This document shows positions 56,120-64,000 of a DNA stretch of 64,000 nucleotides, piece by piece. The position numbers and the translations under genes were made by a program. The notes below the pieces were generated by a model, which was not told the DNA's origin, made no database searches, and worked only from the letters and a program-made list of their open reading frames with translations. Source of the DNA: Terriglobia bacterium (GTDB lineage Bacteria; Acidobacteriota; Terriglobia; Terriglobales; Acidobacteriaceae); contig CAWDNG010000012.1 of assembly GCA_963803605.1 (NCBI GenBank), positions 396,974-460,973 of the forward strand. Direction: 5' to 3'. The stretch's first letter is position 1; each line of letters opens with the position of its first letter.

Positions 56120-57658
56120 ATGACGTCATTCCCCCGCGCCACCGGAATCCTGCTGCACCCGACATCCTTCCCAGCACGCGGCGGCATTGGCGACTTCGGT
56201 CCTGCCGCCTACGAGTTTGCCGACTTTCTTGCGTCGGCCCGGCAAGGTTTGTGGCAGGTGCTGCCCCTGGGGCCGCCGGCCAACGGGAACTCTCCTTACT
56301 CTTCAACCTCCGCCTTTGCCGGGAACCCCTTGCTGATCAGCCTGGAGCGCCTGGCCGAGCGCGGGTGGCTTGGTTCGGCGGAGTTGGTGGGCGTTCGGCA
56401 CGAGGCTGGCGCAATCGACTACGAAGAAGTCTTTCAACGCAAGTCGCCGCTGATCGCGGAGGCTGCAAGCACCTTCCTGAAGAACGCCGGGGGCAGCGCC
56501 CGCACCCGCTTTGAACGCTTTTGTGCCGGGAATGGCTGGTGGCTGGAAGACTTTGTCCTGTTTGATGTGCTGCGCGAACGCAACCACAGGCGATGCTGGA
56601 AGGAGTGGCCGCGCCCCCTGGCCCGCCGCGAGGCTGCAGCAATAACCACGGTCAGCAAGGAACTCAAGGCCGAGGTGGACCTCCGTCGCGTGATTCAATT
56701 CTTCTTCTATGAACAGTGGCGTGCCTTACGGCGCTACTGCGCTCAGCGCTCGATTCGGGTGGTGGGCGATATCGCGATTTTCGTGGCTTATGACAGCGCC
56801 GACGTGTGGGCCCACTGCGACCTTTTTCGCCTGCGCAAGGACGACCTGGAACCAGAGGCTGTTTCCGGCGTCCCGCCCGACGCGTTTAGCGCAACCGGCC
56901 AGCGCTGGGGCACTCCTCTCTATGACTGGGGTGCGATCCGGGCTCGAGGCTACGACTGGTGGATCGACCGCCTGCGCTGGGCCGCACAGACTTGCGACTA
57001 CATCCGTCTCGACCACTTTCGCGGCTTCGATCAGTTCTGGGAGATTCCCGCCAACGACACTACCGCTGTAAACGGACGCTGGGTGGACGGCCCCAGGGAC
57101 GAGCTCTTCAACAAGCTTCGTGACGCACTGGGCGGGCTGCCCTTTTTCGCCGAAGACCTGGGACACATCACGCCCGCGGTGCACGCGCTGCGCGAGCGTC
57201 ACCAGATTCCGGGAACAGCGGTACTGCAGTTTGGCTTCGCGGATGCCGGCGCCCATGTGTATCTGCCGCATCGCCTCACCTCCGATCGCGTCATCTATAC
57301 CGGTACGCACGACAACGACACCACCCTGGGCTGGTGGAAGTCGGGCGTGTCGGAGAGCGAGCGGCGAGCGATTCAATCGTATGTGGGACCCTGCGAAGAC
57401 GGCATTCACTGGGCTTTCATCCGCCTGGCACAAGAGTCAGTCGCAAACCTGGCCGTGGTCCCCCTGCAGGATGTCCTGGGACTGGGCAGCGAAGCGCGGC
57501 TTAACACTCCCAGCGTCTCCGAGGGGAATTTCCGCTGGCGTTATCAGAAAGGGTCTTTAACCGTCGCGCTGGCGGAGAAGCTGGCCGTCCTCGCCGAAGT
57601 GACGGACCGGGTACCGCCGCCCATGCCGGTTCCACAGGACGAAGACTTCGCGGCGTGA
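56120..57658 (+). CDS. malQ: 4-alpha-glucanotransferase (GH77, amylomaltase)
   Basis: RATGILLHPTSFP, SPYSSTSAFAGNPLLIS, IRLDHFRGF, FAEDLG, and YTGTHDNDT motifs. ATG at 56120. Confidence 0.9.
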   Translation: MTSFPRATGILLHPTSFPARGGIGDFGPAAYEFADFLASARQGLWQVLPLGPPANGNSPYSSTSAFAGNPLLISLERLAERGWLGSAELVGVRHEAGAIDYEEVFQRKSPLIAEAASTFLKNAGGSARTRFERFCAGNGWWLEDFVLFDVLRERNHRRCWKEWPRPLARREAAAITTVSKELKAEVDLRRVIQFFFYEQWRALRRYCAQRSIRVVGDIAIFVAYDSADVWAHCDLFRLRKDDLEPEAVSGVPPDAFSATGQRWGTPLYDWGAIRARGYDWWIDRLRWAAQTCDYIRLDHFRGFDQFWEIPANDTTAVNGRWVDGPRDELFNKLRDALGGLPFFAEDLGHITPAVHALRERHQIPGTAVLQFGFADAGAHVYLPHRLTSDRVIYTGTHDNDTTLGWWKSGVSESERRAIQSYVGPCEDGIHWAFIRLAQESVANLAVVPLQDVLGLGSEARLNTPSVSEGNFRWRYQKGSLTVALAEKLAVLAEVTDRVPPPMPVPQDEDFAA

Positions 57659-57683
57659 ATCGTCTTAAGGTATCCTTTCCGGA

Positions 57684-57718
57684 CTGAGAACTGAGAACTT
57701 GAAACTGAGAGCTGAGAT
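57684..57718. repeat. tandem heptamer repeat (CTGAGAA-like x5)
   Basis: ctgagaa ctgagaa cttgaaa ctgagag ctgagat, in the malQ-hisS intergenic region. Confidence 0.7.
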
Positions 57719-57768
57719 CTCGTACTCCTGAAGCACGAGGATAGGGCCAGCAGCCAGAAGCGACTTTG

Positions 57769-59046
57769 ATGATCAAAGCAGTCAGAGGAACGCGCGACCT
57801 TCTGCCGCCGGAGACGGCGTTGTGGAACTTTGTCGAGGCCGCGGTGCGCGACGTCTTCCGCGCTTACAATTTTTACGAAATACGCACCCCGATTTTCGAA
57901 TCGACGGAACTCTTTTCCCGCGGAGTAGGCGAGGAAACCGATGTGGTCGCGAAGGAGATGTACACCTGGGAAGACCGCGGACGGGCCCAGAGTGATAAGG
58001 GCCAGTCGCTGACTCTCCGTCCCGAGAACACCGCCAGCGTCGTGCGGGCATACATCGAACACAAACTCTGGGAGCGGGGGCTGAACAAGCTCTACTATAT
58101 CGGGCCGCAGTTCCGGCGGGAGCGGCCGCAGAAGGGACGATATCGGCAGTTTTATCAGATTGGGGCGGAGGTCATTGGGCCAGCCAGCGCGGGCAGCGAG
58201 TCTCCGGCGCGCGATGCTGAGGTCCTGGAGTTGCTCGCCACGCTGCTCGACCGGCTTGGCATCCGGGACTGGACATTGCAGTTGAATTCTGTGGGATGCG
58301 CGAACGACCGCGCGACCTACAACGAGGCCCTGCGCAAGGCGCTGGAGCCGGTCGTGGGCGGCATGTGCGAGGATTGCAAGCGCCGCGCCGTTACCAATCC
58401 ATTGCGCGTGTTCGATTGCAAAGTTCCCGAGGACCAGCCCATGATCGAGAGGCTGCCACGCATCAGCCAGTTTCTGGACGAGGCCTGCCGCAAGCATTTC
58501 GAGCAGGTGAAGAGCATTCTCAATGCCGTCGGGGTCGAGTTTCAGGAAAATGACCGGTTAGTGCGCGGGCTCGACTACTACACCCGGACGGCCTTTGAGT
58601 TCACGCATGGCGCTTTGGGGGCGCAGAACGCGATCCTCGGCGGCGGGCGCTACGATGGGCTTTCGGAATCGCTTGGCGGCCCCAGCGCTCCCGGAATCGG
58701 TTTTGCCATTGGAGAGGACCGGCTGGTGCTGGCTCTGCAGGAATCGGCCGAGGCGGTACAGCGCAAGCCGGATGTGTACATCGCGCCCCTGGGCGCCGGC
58801 ATGGACCGCGAAGCTGCCCGCCTGGCGCGTGAGCTACGCCGTCACGACCTGGTCGTCGAACTGGGCGACGAGAATTTTCGGTTGAAGAAATCGTTCGAGA
58901 CCGGCGACAAGCTGGGCGCGCGCTTTGCCCTGATCGTGGGGGAAAATGAAATCAAGGCCGATGCCTTCGCGCTCAAGAATCTGGAAACCGGCGAGCAGGT
59001 TTCGGTCCCGCGTGCCGGTCTGGCAGGAAAGATCCAGGCGAAGTAG
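57769..59046 (+). CDS. hisS: histidine--tRNA ligase
   Basis: MIKAVRGTRDLLP, class II motifs (FRRERPQKGRYRQFYQ, GGGRYDGL), and an anticodon-binding C-domain. I prefer the ATG at 57769 over the TTG at 57766. Confidence 0.95.
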   Translation: MIKAVRGTRDLLPPETALWNFVEAAVRDVFRAYNFYEIRTPIFESTELFSRGVGEETDVVAKEMYTWEDRGRAQSDKGQSLTLRPENTASVVRAYIEHKLWERGLNKLYYIGPQFRRERPQKGRYRQFYQIGAEVIGPASAGSESPARDAEVLELLATLLDRLGIRDWTLQLNSVGCANDRATYNEALRKALEPVVGGMCEDCKRRAVTNPLRVFDCKVPEDQPMIERLPRISQFLDEACRKHFEQVKSILNAVGVEFQENDRLVRGLDYYTRTAFEFTHGALGAQNAILGGGRYDGLSESLGGPSAPGIGFAIGEDRLVLALQESAEAVQRKPDVYIAPLGAGMDREAARLARELRRHDLVVELGDENFRLKKSFETGDKLGARFALIVGENEIKADAFALKNLETGEQVSVPRAGLAGKIQAK

Positions 59047-59055
59047 CGGAGGTTT

Positions 59056-59159
59056 GTGTGGGTCGGACATTCCTGTCCGACGCTTTTGACTCTTGGTTTT
59101 TGCTATCCGGCTGGGTAAGCACAAGTCAAAGGCGTCGGACAGGAGTGTCCGACCCACAC
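59056..59159. repeat. REP-type composite palindromic element, family 1 (copy 3)
   Basis: Arms gtgtgggtcggacattcctgtccgacgc (59056-59083) and gcgtcggacaggagtgtccgacccacac (59132-59159). Confidence 0.85.
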
Positions 59160-59195
59160 TGAAGTCCCTACGAAATTTTGCTAACGGGAGGACTA

Positions 59196-59669
59196 ATGAG
59201 AAACTCAGGTTTGGTTGTCGGCCTGCTCTGCTTTTCTTTCTCTCTGGCTGGATCTGCGCAGAGTCCGGGGAATTCGTCCAGGCCTCTCAGCCCGCTGGAG
59301 CAGACGCTGATCGCGAATACCAACGCGATCCCTGAAGCTCAAAAGAGCAGGAATACAGATTTCCTGAAACATACGCTGACCGATGATTTTGTCCTGGTGG
59401 GCAGCGAGGGCAAGCTGCATGACAAGGAAGAAATTGTGGCGAGCGCCAATGAGGGCGAGCTGAAAGATTATTACACCTACAATCTGCGGGTTCTGCCCGT
59501 CAACGATGGCGTGGCTGTGGTGACCTACGATTGCATCATCCATATGCCGGAGGGCGATGCTCCCGGCATGGCGCCACGCTATCAGCACATCTCCGATCTC
59601 TGGGTAAAGCAGAATGACCAGTGGCGGCTGAAGTTCCAGCAGGCCACGGCGGCGCGCCCGATTGACTGA
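59196..59669 (+). CDS. secreted SnoaL-like / DUF4440 (NTF2-fold) protein
   Basis: GGGAGG upstream of the ATG at 59196. Signal peptide MRNSGLVVGLLCFSFSLAGSAQS. ..DDFVLVGSEGKL..K.E....................WVKQNDQWRL pattern typical of DUF4440. Confidence 0.7.
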   Translation: MRNSGLVVGLLCFSFSLAGSAQSPGNSSRPLSPLEQTLIANTNAIPEAQKSRNTDFLKHTLTDDFVLVGSEGKLHDKEEIVASANEGELKDYYTYNLRVLPVNDGVAVVTYDCIIHMPEGDAPGMAPRYQHISDLWVKQNDQWRLKFQQATAARPID

Positions 59670-59788
59670 GCCGCAGTACCAGGACTCAAGAACAGGTTTC
59701 TGGTCGGCCCGCACGAGCGGGACGCTCGCGCCTACATTTATAATCTTGGATTCGGTTTACAACTCCATTCTTTACTGAAGGGCACAAC

Positions 59789-61633
59789 TTGCTCGATTTT
59801 CTTGGTGATCTACGGCGTACCCATATGTGCGGCGCTTTGCGTCCGGCTGATTCCGGCAAAAAGGCGGTGCTCATGGGCTGGGTGAACCGGCGGCGCGATC
59901 TGGGCAACCTGATCTTCATTGATATTCGCGACCGCAGCGGCGTCACCCAGGTGGTATTCAACAAGGAGCGCGATCCCGCCATCCACCAGAAGGCTGAGGC
60001 CCTGCGCAATGAATACGTGATCGCCGTGGTGGGCACGGCCAAACAGCGCGTCCCCGACACGATAAACAGGAACATTGCCACCGGCGAGGTGGAACTGATT
60101 GCGGAAGAACTGCGCATCCTGAATGAGTCGAAGCAGCCGCCCTTCCTGCCCAGCGAAACGGTCTTGCCTAACGAGGAAATGCGGCTGAAATATCGCTACA
60201 TCGATCTGCGCCGCGACACCATGCAGTACAACATCGAACTGCGGCACAGGGTTGCGCTGGCCATTCGGGACTATCTTTCCGCGCAGGGGTTTTTCGAGAT
60301 TGAAACTCCCTTCATGACCCGCTCGACCCCCGAAGGCGCGCGCGACTATCTGGTCCCCAGCCGGGTTCAGCCGGGCAGTTTCTACGCACTGCCGCAGTCG
60401 CCGCAGATGTTCAAGCAGATCCTCATGATCTCGGGCTTCGACAAGTATTTCCAGATTGTGCGCTGCTTTCGCGACGAAGACCTGCGCGCCGACCGCCAGC
60501 CGGAGTTTACCCAGATCGATCTGGAGATATCTTATCCCCAGCCGGAGCGGGTGTGGGAGGTGGTTGAAGGCTTTCTGACCGCCGCGTTCAAAGCCGCCGG
60601 ACATGAGATCAAGACACCATTCCCGCGCATGAGTTACGACGAAGCCATGCGTCGCTATGGCAGCGATAAGCCGGACCTGCGGTTGCCCGCAATGACAGAC
60701 GTCCGCTCCGCGTTCACGCCTGAGGAACGGGAGAAATTCGCTGCGGCGTTCAAGGTCAGCCCGGGTTTTACTTCTCTGCTCATCCGGATTCCGAAGGTGG
60801 GTGAAATTTCTGGAACCGAACGCCGGACCATCGGAACCTACGGTGCCTTTGCCCATGCCCAGGGCACGGCAAACGTCAGCCTGATGAGCGATCCCAATCG
60901 CTTTGCGCGCGACTATCCCAATTCGGTTGAGGCTGTTACGAAAGCGGCGGGCGTCGAACCGGGCGATTTGTGGGTGCTGGTGGTGCGCAAGGCGGATTCG
61001 AAGCAGAGCACGAACCAGTTCTTCTTGACCTGCGGACAACTCCGGCTCGATCTGGCGCAGAAGTATGCTGCGAAGCATGGCGCGTTTGCCAAGACGGGGG
61101 ATCCCGCGAAGGATTTTCGGTTCCTGTGGGTGACTGACTTCCCCATGTTCGAATGGGACCGCGAGTCGGGCTGCTGGAACGCTGCCCATCATCCCTTCAC
61201 CTCGCTGCACGACGAAGACATGGCCAAGCTCGAAAATGGCTACGATACGACCCGCGATCCCAAGTCGGTCCTGGGAGAAATACGCGCGCTGGCCTACGAC
61301 GTGGTATTGAACGGCACCGAACTGGGATCAGGCTCGATCCGTATTCACCGCCAGGATATTCAGAGCAAGATATTCCGCGCTCTCGGCATGACGGAAGAAG
61401 AGGCGCGCTCGCGCTTCGGATTCTTTCTGGAGGCGCTGGAATATGGCACGCCGCCGCACGGCGGTATTGCGCTGGGGCTGGATCGCATCGTGATGATTCT
61501 GGCCGGTGCGGACAGCCTCCGCGAGGTGATTCCATTCCCCAAGACGGCCCGGGCAGTCGATCTGATGGTGGATGCGCCAACCCCGGTCAGCGAGGCGCAG
61601 CTGAAGGAGTTGGGGATACAGGTAAAGAAATGA
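59789..61633 (+). CDS. aspS: aspartate--tRNA ligase
   Basis: LRRTHMCGALR, GWVNRRRDLGNLIFIDIRDRSG, FRDEDLRADRQPEFTQID, GGIALGLDR. TTG is the only in-frame start upstream of the conserved N-terminus. Confidence 0.95.
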   Translation: MLDFLGDLRRTHMCGALRPADSGKKAVLMGWVNRRRDLGNLIFIDIRDRSGVTQVVFNKERDPAIHQKAEALRNEYVIAVVGTAKQRVPDTINRNIATGEVELIAEELRILNESKQPPFLPSETVLPNEEMRLKYRYIDLRRDTMQYNIELRHRVALAIRDYLSAQGFFEIETPFMTRSTPEGARDYLVPSRVQPGSFYALPQSPQMFKQILMISGFDKYFQIVRCFRDEDLRADRQPEFTQIDLEISYPQPERVWEVVEGFLTAAFKAAGHEIKTPFPRMSYDEAMRRYGSDKPDLRLPAMTDVRSAFTPEEREKFAAAFKVSPGFTSLLIRIPKVGEISGTERRTIGTYGAFAHAQGTANVSLMSDPNRFARDYPNSVEAVTKAAGVEPGDLWVLVVRKADSKQSTNQFFLTCGQLRLDLAQKYAAKHGAFAKTGDPAKDFRFLWVTDFPMFEWDRESGCWNAAHHPFTSLHDEDMAKLENGYDTTRDPKSVLGEIRALAYDVVLNGTELGSGSIRIHRQDIQSKIFRALGMTEEEARSRFGFFLEALEYGTPPHGGIALGLDRIVMILAGADSLREVIPFPKTARAVDLMVDAPTPVSEAQLKELGIQVKK

Positions 61634-61689
61634 AGTACCTCAGGCCAGAGTCGCTGGCTATCGTCCATGAATTTGTCATCTTGAGCGCA

Positions 61690-61719
61690 GAAAAGAAACT
61701 CGCTCGCGAGTTTCTTTTC
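61690..61719. terminator. 14-bp perfect hairpin between convergent aspS and the acyl-CoA ligase gene (bidirectional terminator candidate)
   Basis: gaaaagaaactcgc-tc-gcgagtttcttttc. There are T-rich runs on the plus strand and A-rich (T-rich on the minus strand) flanks within the stem ends. Confidence 0.6.
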
Positions 61720-61836
61720 GGAGTCGAAAGACCTGCTGCTGGCTGCGTCATCGATCCTGCCATGTCTAGATTTAGCTCCGCCACAAAGCAGGTCCCTCGA
61801 CTGCGCTCGGGATGACAGGGTGTGGAGATGGAGGTC

Positions 61837-63456
61837 TTAATTCCCTCGCTCGCGTAGCTTGAATCTCTGCAATTTCCCGGTTGCTGTCTTGGGCAGTTCG
61901 TCCACGAATTCTACCCAGCGCGGGCGCTTGAACGTAGGCAGGCGGCTGACTACGAAATCCTGCAGTTCGCGGGCGAGTTCGGGTGTGCCCGCCGTGCCAT
62001 TTTTCAGAACTATGTAAGCCGCAGGTTTCAGCAGCTGGTCTTGATCTTCACGGCCAACGACCGCCGCTTCCTGGACGGCCGCGTGTTCGATCAGCACAGC
62101 TTCGATTTCGACGGGGCTGACCCACACACCGCTGCATTTCAGCATGTCATCAGAGCGGCCCGCATACCAGAAGTATCCGTCAGTGTCCTGATAGTACTTG
62201 TCACCAGTGCGAATCCAGTGGCCTGCGATGGTGCTCTTCGATTTCTCGTGCTGGTTCCAGTAGTGGGAGCAGGTGGAATCGGATTTGATCACGAGATTGC
62301 CGATCTCTCCCGGATTTGCAGGTTCCTCGTTCTCGTCCACAATCTTGGCCTCGTAGCCGGGGATGATCTGGCCACTGGAGCCGGGGCGGACCGCGCCTGG
62401 ACGGTTGGCGATGAACATGTGCAGGACTTCGGTGGAACCAATCGCGTCCAGGATTTCTACGCCGAAGCGTTCTTTAAAGCGATGGAACAAGGCGGCGGGC
62501 AAGGCTTCTCCAGCCGAGATACCGCAGCGGATTGAGGAAAGATCAAAATCGGGCGCGCTTTGCGCGCCAGGACGGACGAGGGCGTCCGTCCCTACGTGAT
62601 CTCTTCTGTGGGCCAGCAGCGCGGCGTAGTTGGACGGGACGGAAAAGAACAATGTTGGGCGGTGGCGCTCAATGATCTCGAATACGTGCTGGGGCCGGGG
62701 CGGCCCCGGCCACAGGATGGTGCTGGCGCCGACGGCCAGAGGAAAATACAGGGCATTGCCCAGGCCGTAGGCGAAGAAGAGTTTGGCCACGCTGAAGCAG
62801 CGATCGGATTCAGTGATGCCGAGAATGCCCTTGGCATACCGTTCGGCACAGACCACCATGTCATGCTGCAGGTGCACGCAGGCCTTGGGAAATCCGGTCG
62901 ATCCTGACGAGTAGAGCCAGAAGGCGGCATCGTCCTTGCTGGTGGGCTCGGCTTCGAGCTGCGGTGAGCCGCGCTTGACCAGATCGGCGAAACAAAGCAG
63001 GTCTTTTTCGGGCCCGTCGGGCGGCGCGGCGCCCACTACGATGACGTGTTGCAGATAGCGCAGCTTTTCCCAGCCTTGCACCTGGGGGAAAAGCGACTCG
63101 CTGACCACGGCTACCCGCGCCCGCGAGTTGTTAAGGATGTAGTGATAGTCCGGTGTCTTGAGCAGCGTGTTGACCGGAACCGGGACGGCTCCGATCTTGA
63201 CCGCTCCGAAGAAGCTGAACGCGAACTCGGGAGCGTCGAGTAGGAGCAGGAAGACGCGTTCCTCAATCCGCACGCCGAGCTGGTGCAGGGCATTTCCGAA
63301 TCGGTTTACGCTCTCCTGGAGCTGGCGGTAGCTGATGCGGCTCTCGCCCGCCTCAATGGCAATCTTCTCTCCGCGGCCTTCAGGAATATGGCGATCGATA
63401 AAGTAGGTAGCAGCGTTGAATTGATCGGGAAGCAGAATGGGCGCGCCCGGAATCAT
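61837..63456 (-). CDS. AMP-binding acyl/aryl-CoA ligase (benzoate-CoA ligase-like family)
   Basis: AFWLYSSGSTGFPKACVH (AMP-binding motif I), YGLGNALYFP, SAGEALP, GSTE, TGDKY..D.DGYFWYAGRSDDMLK, and KTATGKLQRFKLR. Confidence 0.85.
   Translation of the reverse strand: MIPGAPILLPDQFNAATYFIDRHIPEGRGEKIAIEAGESRISYRQLQESVNRFGNALHQLGVRIEERVFLLLLDAPEFAFSFFGAVKIGAVPVPVNTLLKTPDYHYILNNSRARVAVVSESLFPQVQGWEKLRYLQHVIVVGAAPPDGPEKDLLCFADLVKRGSPQLEAEPTSKDDAAFWLYSSGSTGFPKACVHLQHDMVVCAERYAKGILGITESDRCFSVAKLFFAYGLGNALYFPLAVGASTILWPGPPRPQHVFEIIERHRPTLFFSVPSNYAALLAHRRDHVGTDALVRPGAQSAPDFDLSSIRCGISAGEALPAALFHRFKERFGVEILDAIGSTEVLHMFIANRPGAVRPGSSGQIIPGYEAKIVDENEEPANPGEIGNLVIKSDSTCSHYWNQHEKSKSTIAGHWIRTGDKYYQDTDGYFWYAGRSDDMLKCSGVWVSPVEIEAVLIEHAAVQEAAVVGREDQDQLLKPAAYIVLKNGTAGTPELARELQDFVVSRLPTFKRPRWVEFVDELPKTATGKLQRFKLRERGN
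62551..62590. repeat. double hairpin (GGCGCGC-ttt-GCGCGCC plus GGACGGACG-aggg-CGTCCGTCC) inside the ligase coding sequence
   Basis: Seen directly. On the minus strand it encodes ..GTDALVRPGAQSA.. in a linker that looks about 14 aa longer than in the BadA/HbaA-type ligases I remember. Confidence 0.5.
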
Positions 63457-63466
63457 CTGCCCTGAC

Positions 63467-63847
63467 TCATTTGGAAGTGGCGCGTTTGCGGAAACTGCGC
63501 AGAATGATCACCCCGCTGACGCCGAAACTTGCCACCGCTGCCAGCGCCAGCGCCTCCGTGGCCTGTGAATTGACGTGAAGCAGGTCCACAAAGAACGCTG
63601 CCAGGGCAAAAAGAATGCCCAAAACATTCAGCCAGGCAGGCGAACTGGAAGACTGTGCTTGTTCGCGATTCTGTAAACGAAGCTGCATTAGGACGGCAGC
63701 CAGTCCGACGGCGCCCATCACCACCACCGCGAGCGGGCTGGAAAATGCGCCACGGTTGGTAAACAGCACGATCAGGGCCAGGGCCCCGCACAGGAGCCCG
63801 GAGGCGATCACGGTCCAGCGCCGCGAACTGTAGTCGAGCTTCTTCAT
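63467..63847 (-). CDS. hypothetical 4-TM membrane protein
   Basis: MKKLDYSSRRWTVIASGLLCGALALIVLF... with four hydrophobic segments. The same frame stays open upstream to the window end (64000), so the true start could lie outside the window. Confidence 0.5.
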   Translation of the reverse strand: MKKLDYSSRRWTVIASGLLCGALALIVLFTNRGAFSSPLAVVVMGAVGLAAVLMQLRLQNREQAQSSSSPAWLNVLGILFALAAFFVDLLHVNSQATEALALAAVASFGVSGVIILRSFRKRATSK

Positions 63848-64000
63848 GCCATGCCGGGAAAGCCCATTGTAGACAGAGTTCCGCCCAATGCAAAACCGAT
63901 GCACCAGCAGCGTTACATAGGAATGAGCTACAATCGGCGATGAATGCGCCAGTGAGTTGGCCGGGTGTCCGTCTTTAGGCTCTTTCAGAACGTCCGAGAT

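Noticed and set aside
59810-61210. 466-aa minus-strand ORF antisense to aspS
   Set aside because: A shadow ORF opposite an essential, motif-rich gene.
61630-61815. 61-aa ORF starting with ATGA overlap at the aspS stop
   Set aside because: It reads straight through the 14-bp terminator-type palindrome and has no recognisable features. It is most likely non-coding spacer between convergent genes.

Overview
A chromosomal segment of about 58-60% GC. It most likely comes from an Acidobacteriota (Terriglobia-like) genome. This placement is an inference from gene content: a CarboxypepD_reg-type TonB receptor, a VWFA 'acidobacterial' protein, a Ser/Thr kinase fused to a TolB-like propeller, and GTCGGACA-type REP elements.

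Gene content:
- Housekeeping and ordinary genes: hisS, aspS, ppiD-like, malQ, mtgA, dcp, pirin, and an OmpA-family protein.
- An L-arabinose utilisation locus: two Tat-signal GH51 arabinofuranosidases, a LacI repressor with two matching palindromic operators, araD, an SSS transporter, a FucI-like isomerase and araB.
- A translationally coupled glycosyltransferase / GH130 / small zinc-ribbon operon.
- A stress-protein-like cluster: DUF6496, a GsiB/YflT-like protein and two DUF3147 genes.
- An accessory, decaying zone at about 14-36 kb.

The accessory zone contains:
- A 1868-bp ISKra4-like IS with an A8 -1 frameshift site. It has 8-bp target duplications and has split a DUF6788-like gene, which can be reconstructed in frame.
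- A second IS5/ISNCY-type transposase.
- A complete group II intron (RT/maturase, canonical domain V, EBS1/IBS1 match) sitting in sense orientation inside a GH39 glycosidase gene.
- Four genes carrying clustered frameshifts, one of them also with a nonsense codon.

Other observations:
- Two families of palindromic intergenic repeats.
- One palindromic module apparently inserted in frame inside an acyl-CoA ligase gene.
- A paralogous family of secreted Gln-rich proteins.

I found no CRISPR array, no rRNA or tRNA gene, and no recognisable defence system. The best candidates for unexplored biology are the orphan 1050-aa secreted protein plus VWA pair, the GT4-fusion/GH130/Zn-ribbon operon, the Gln-rich protein family, and DUF6788 modules attached to two unrelated transposases. 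All functional calls rest on my recognition of motifs in the translations. No database search was run.
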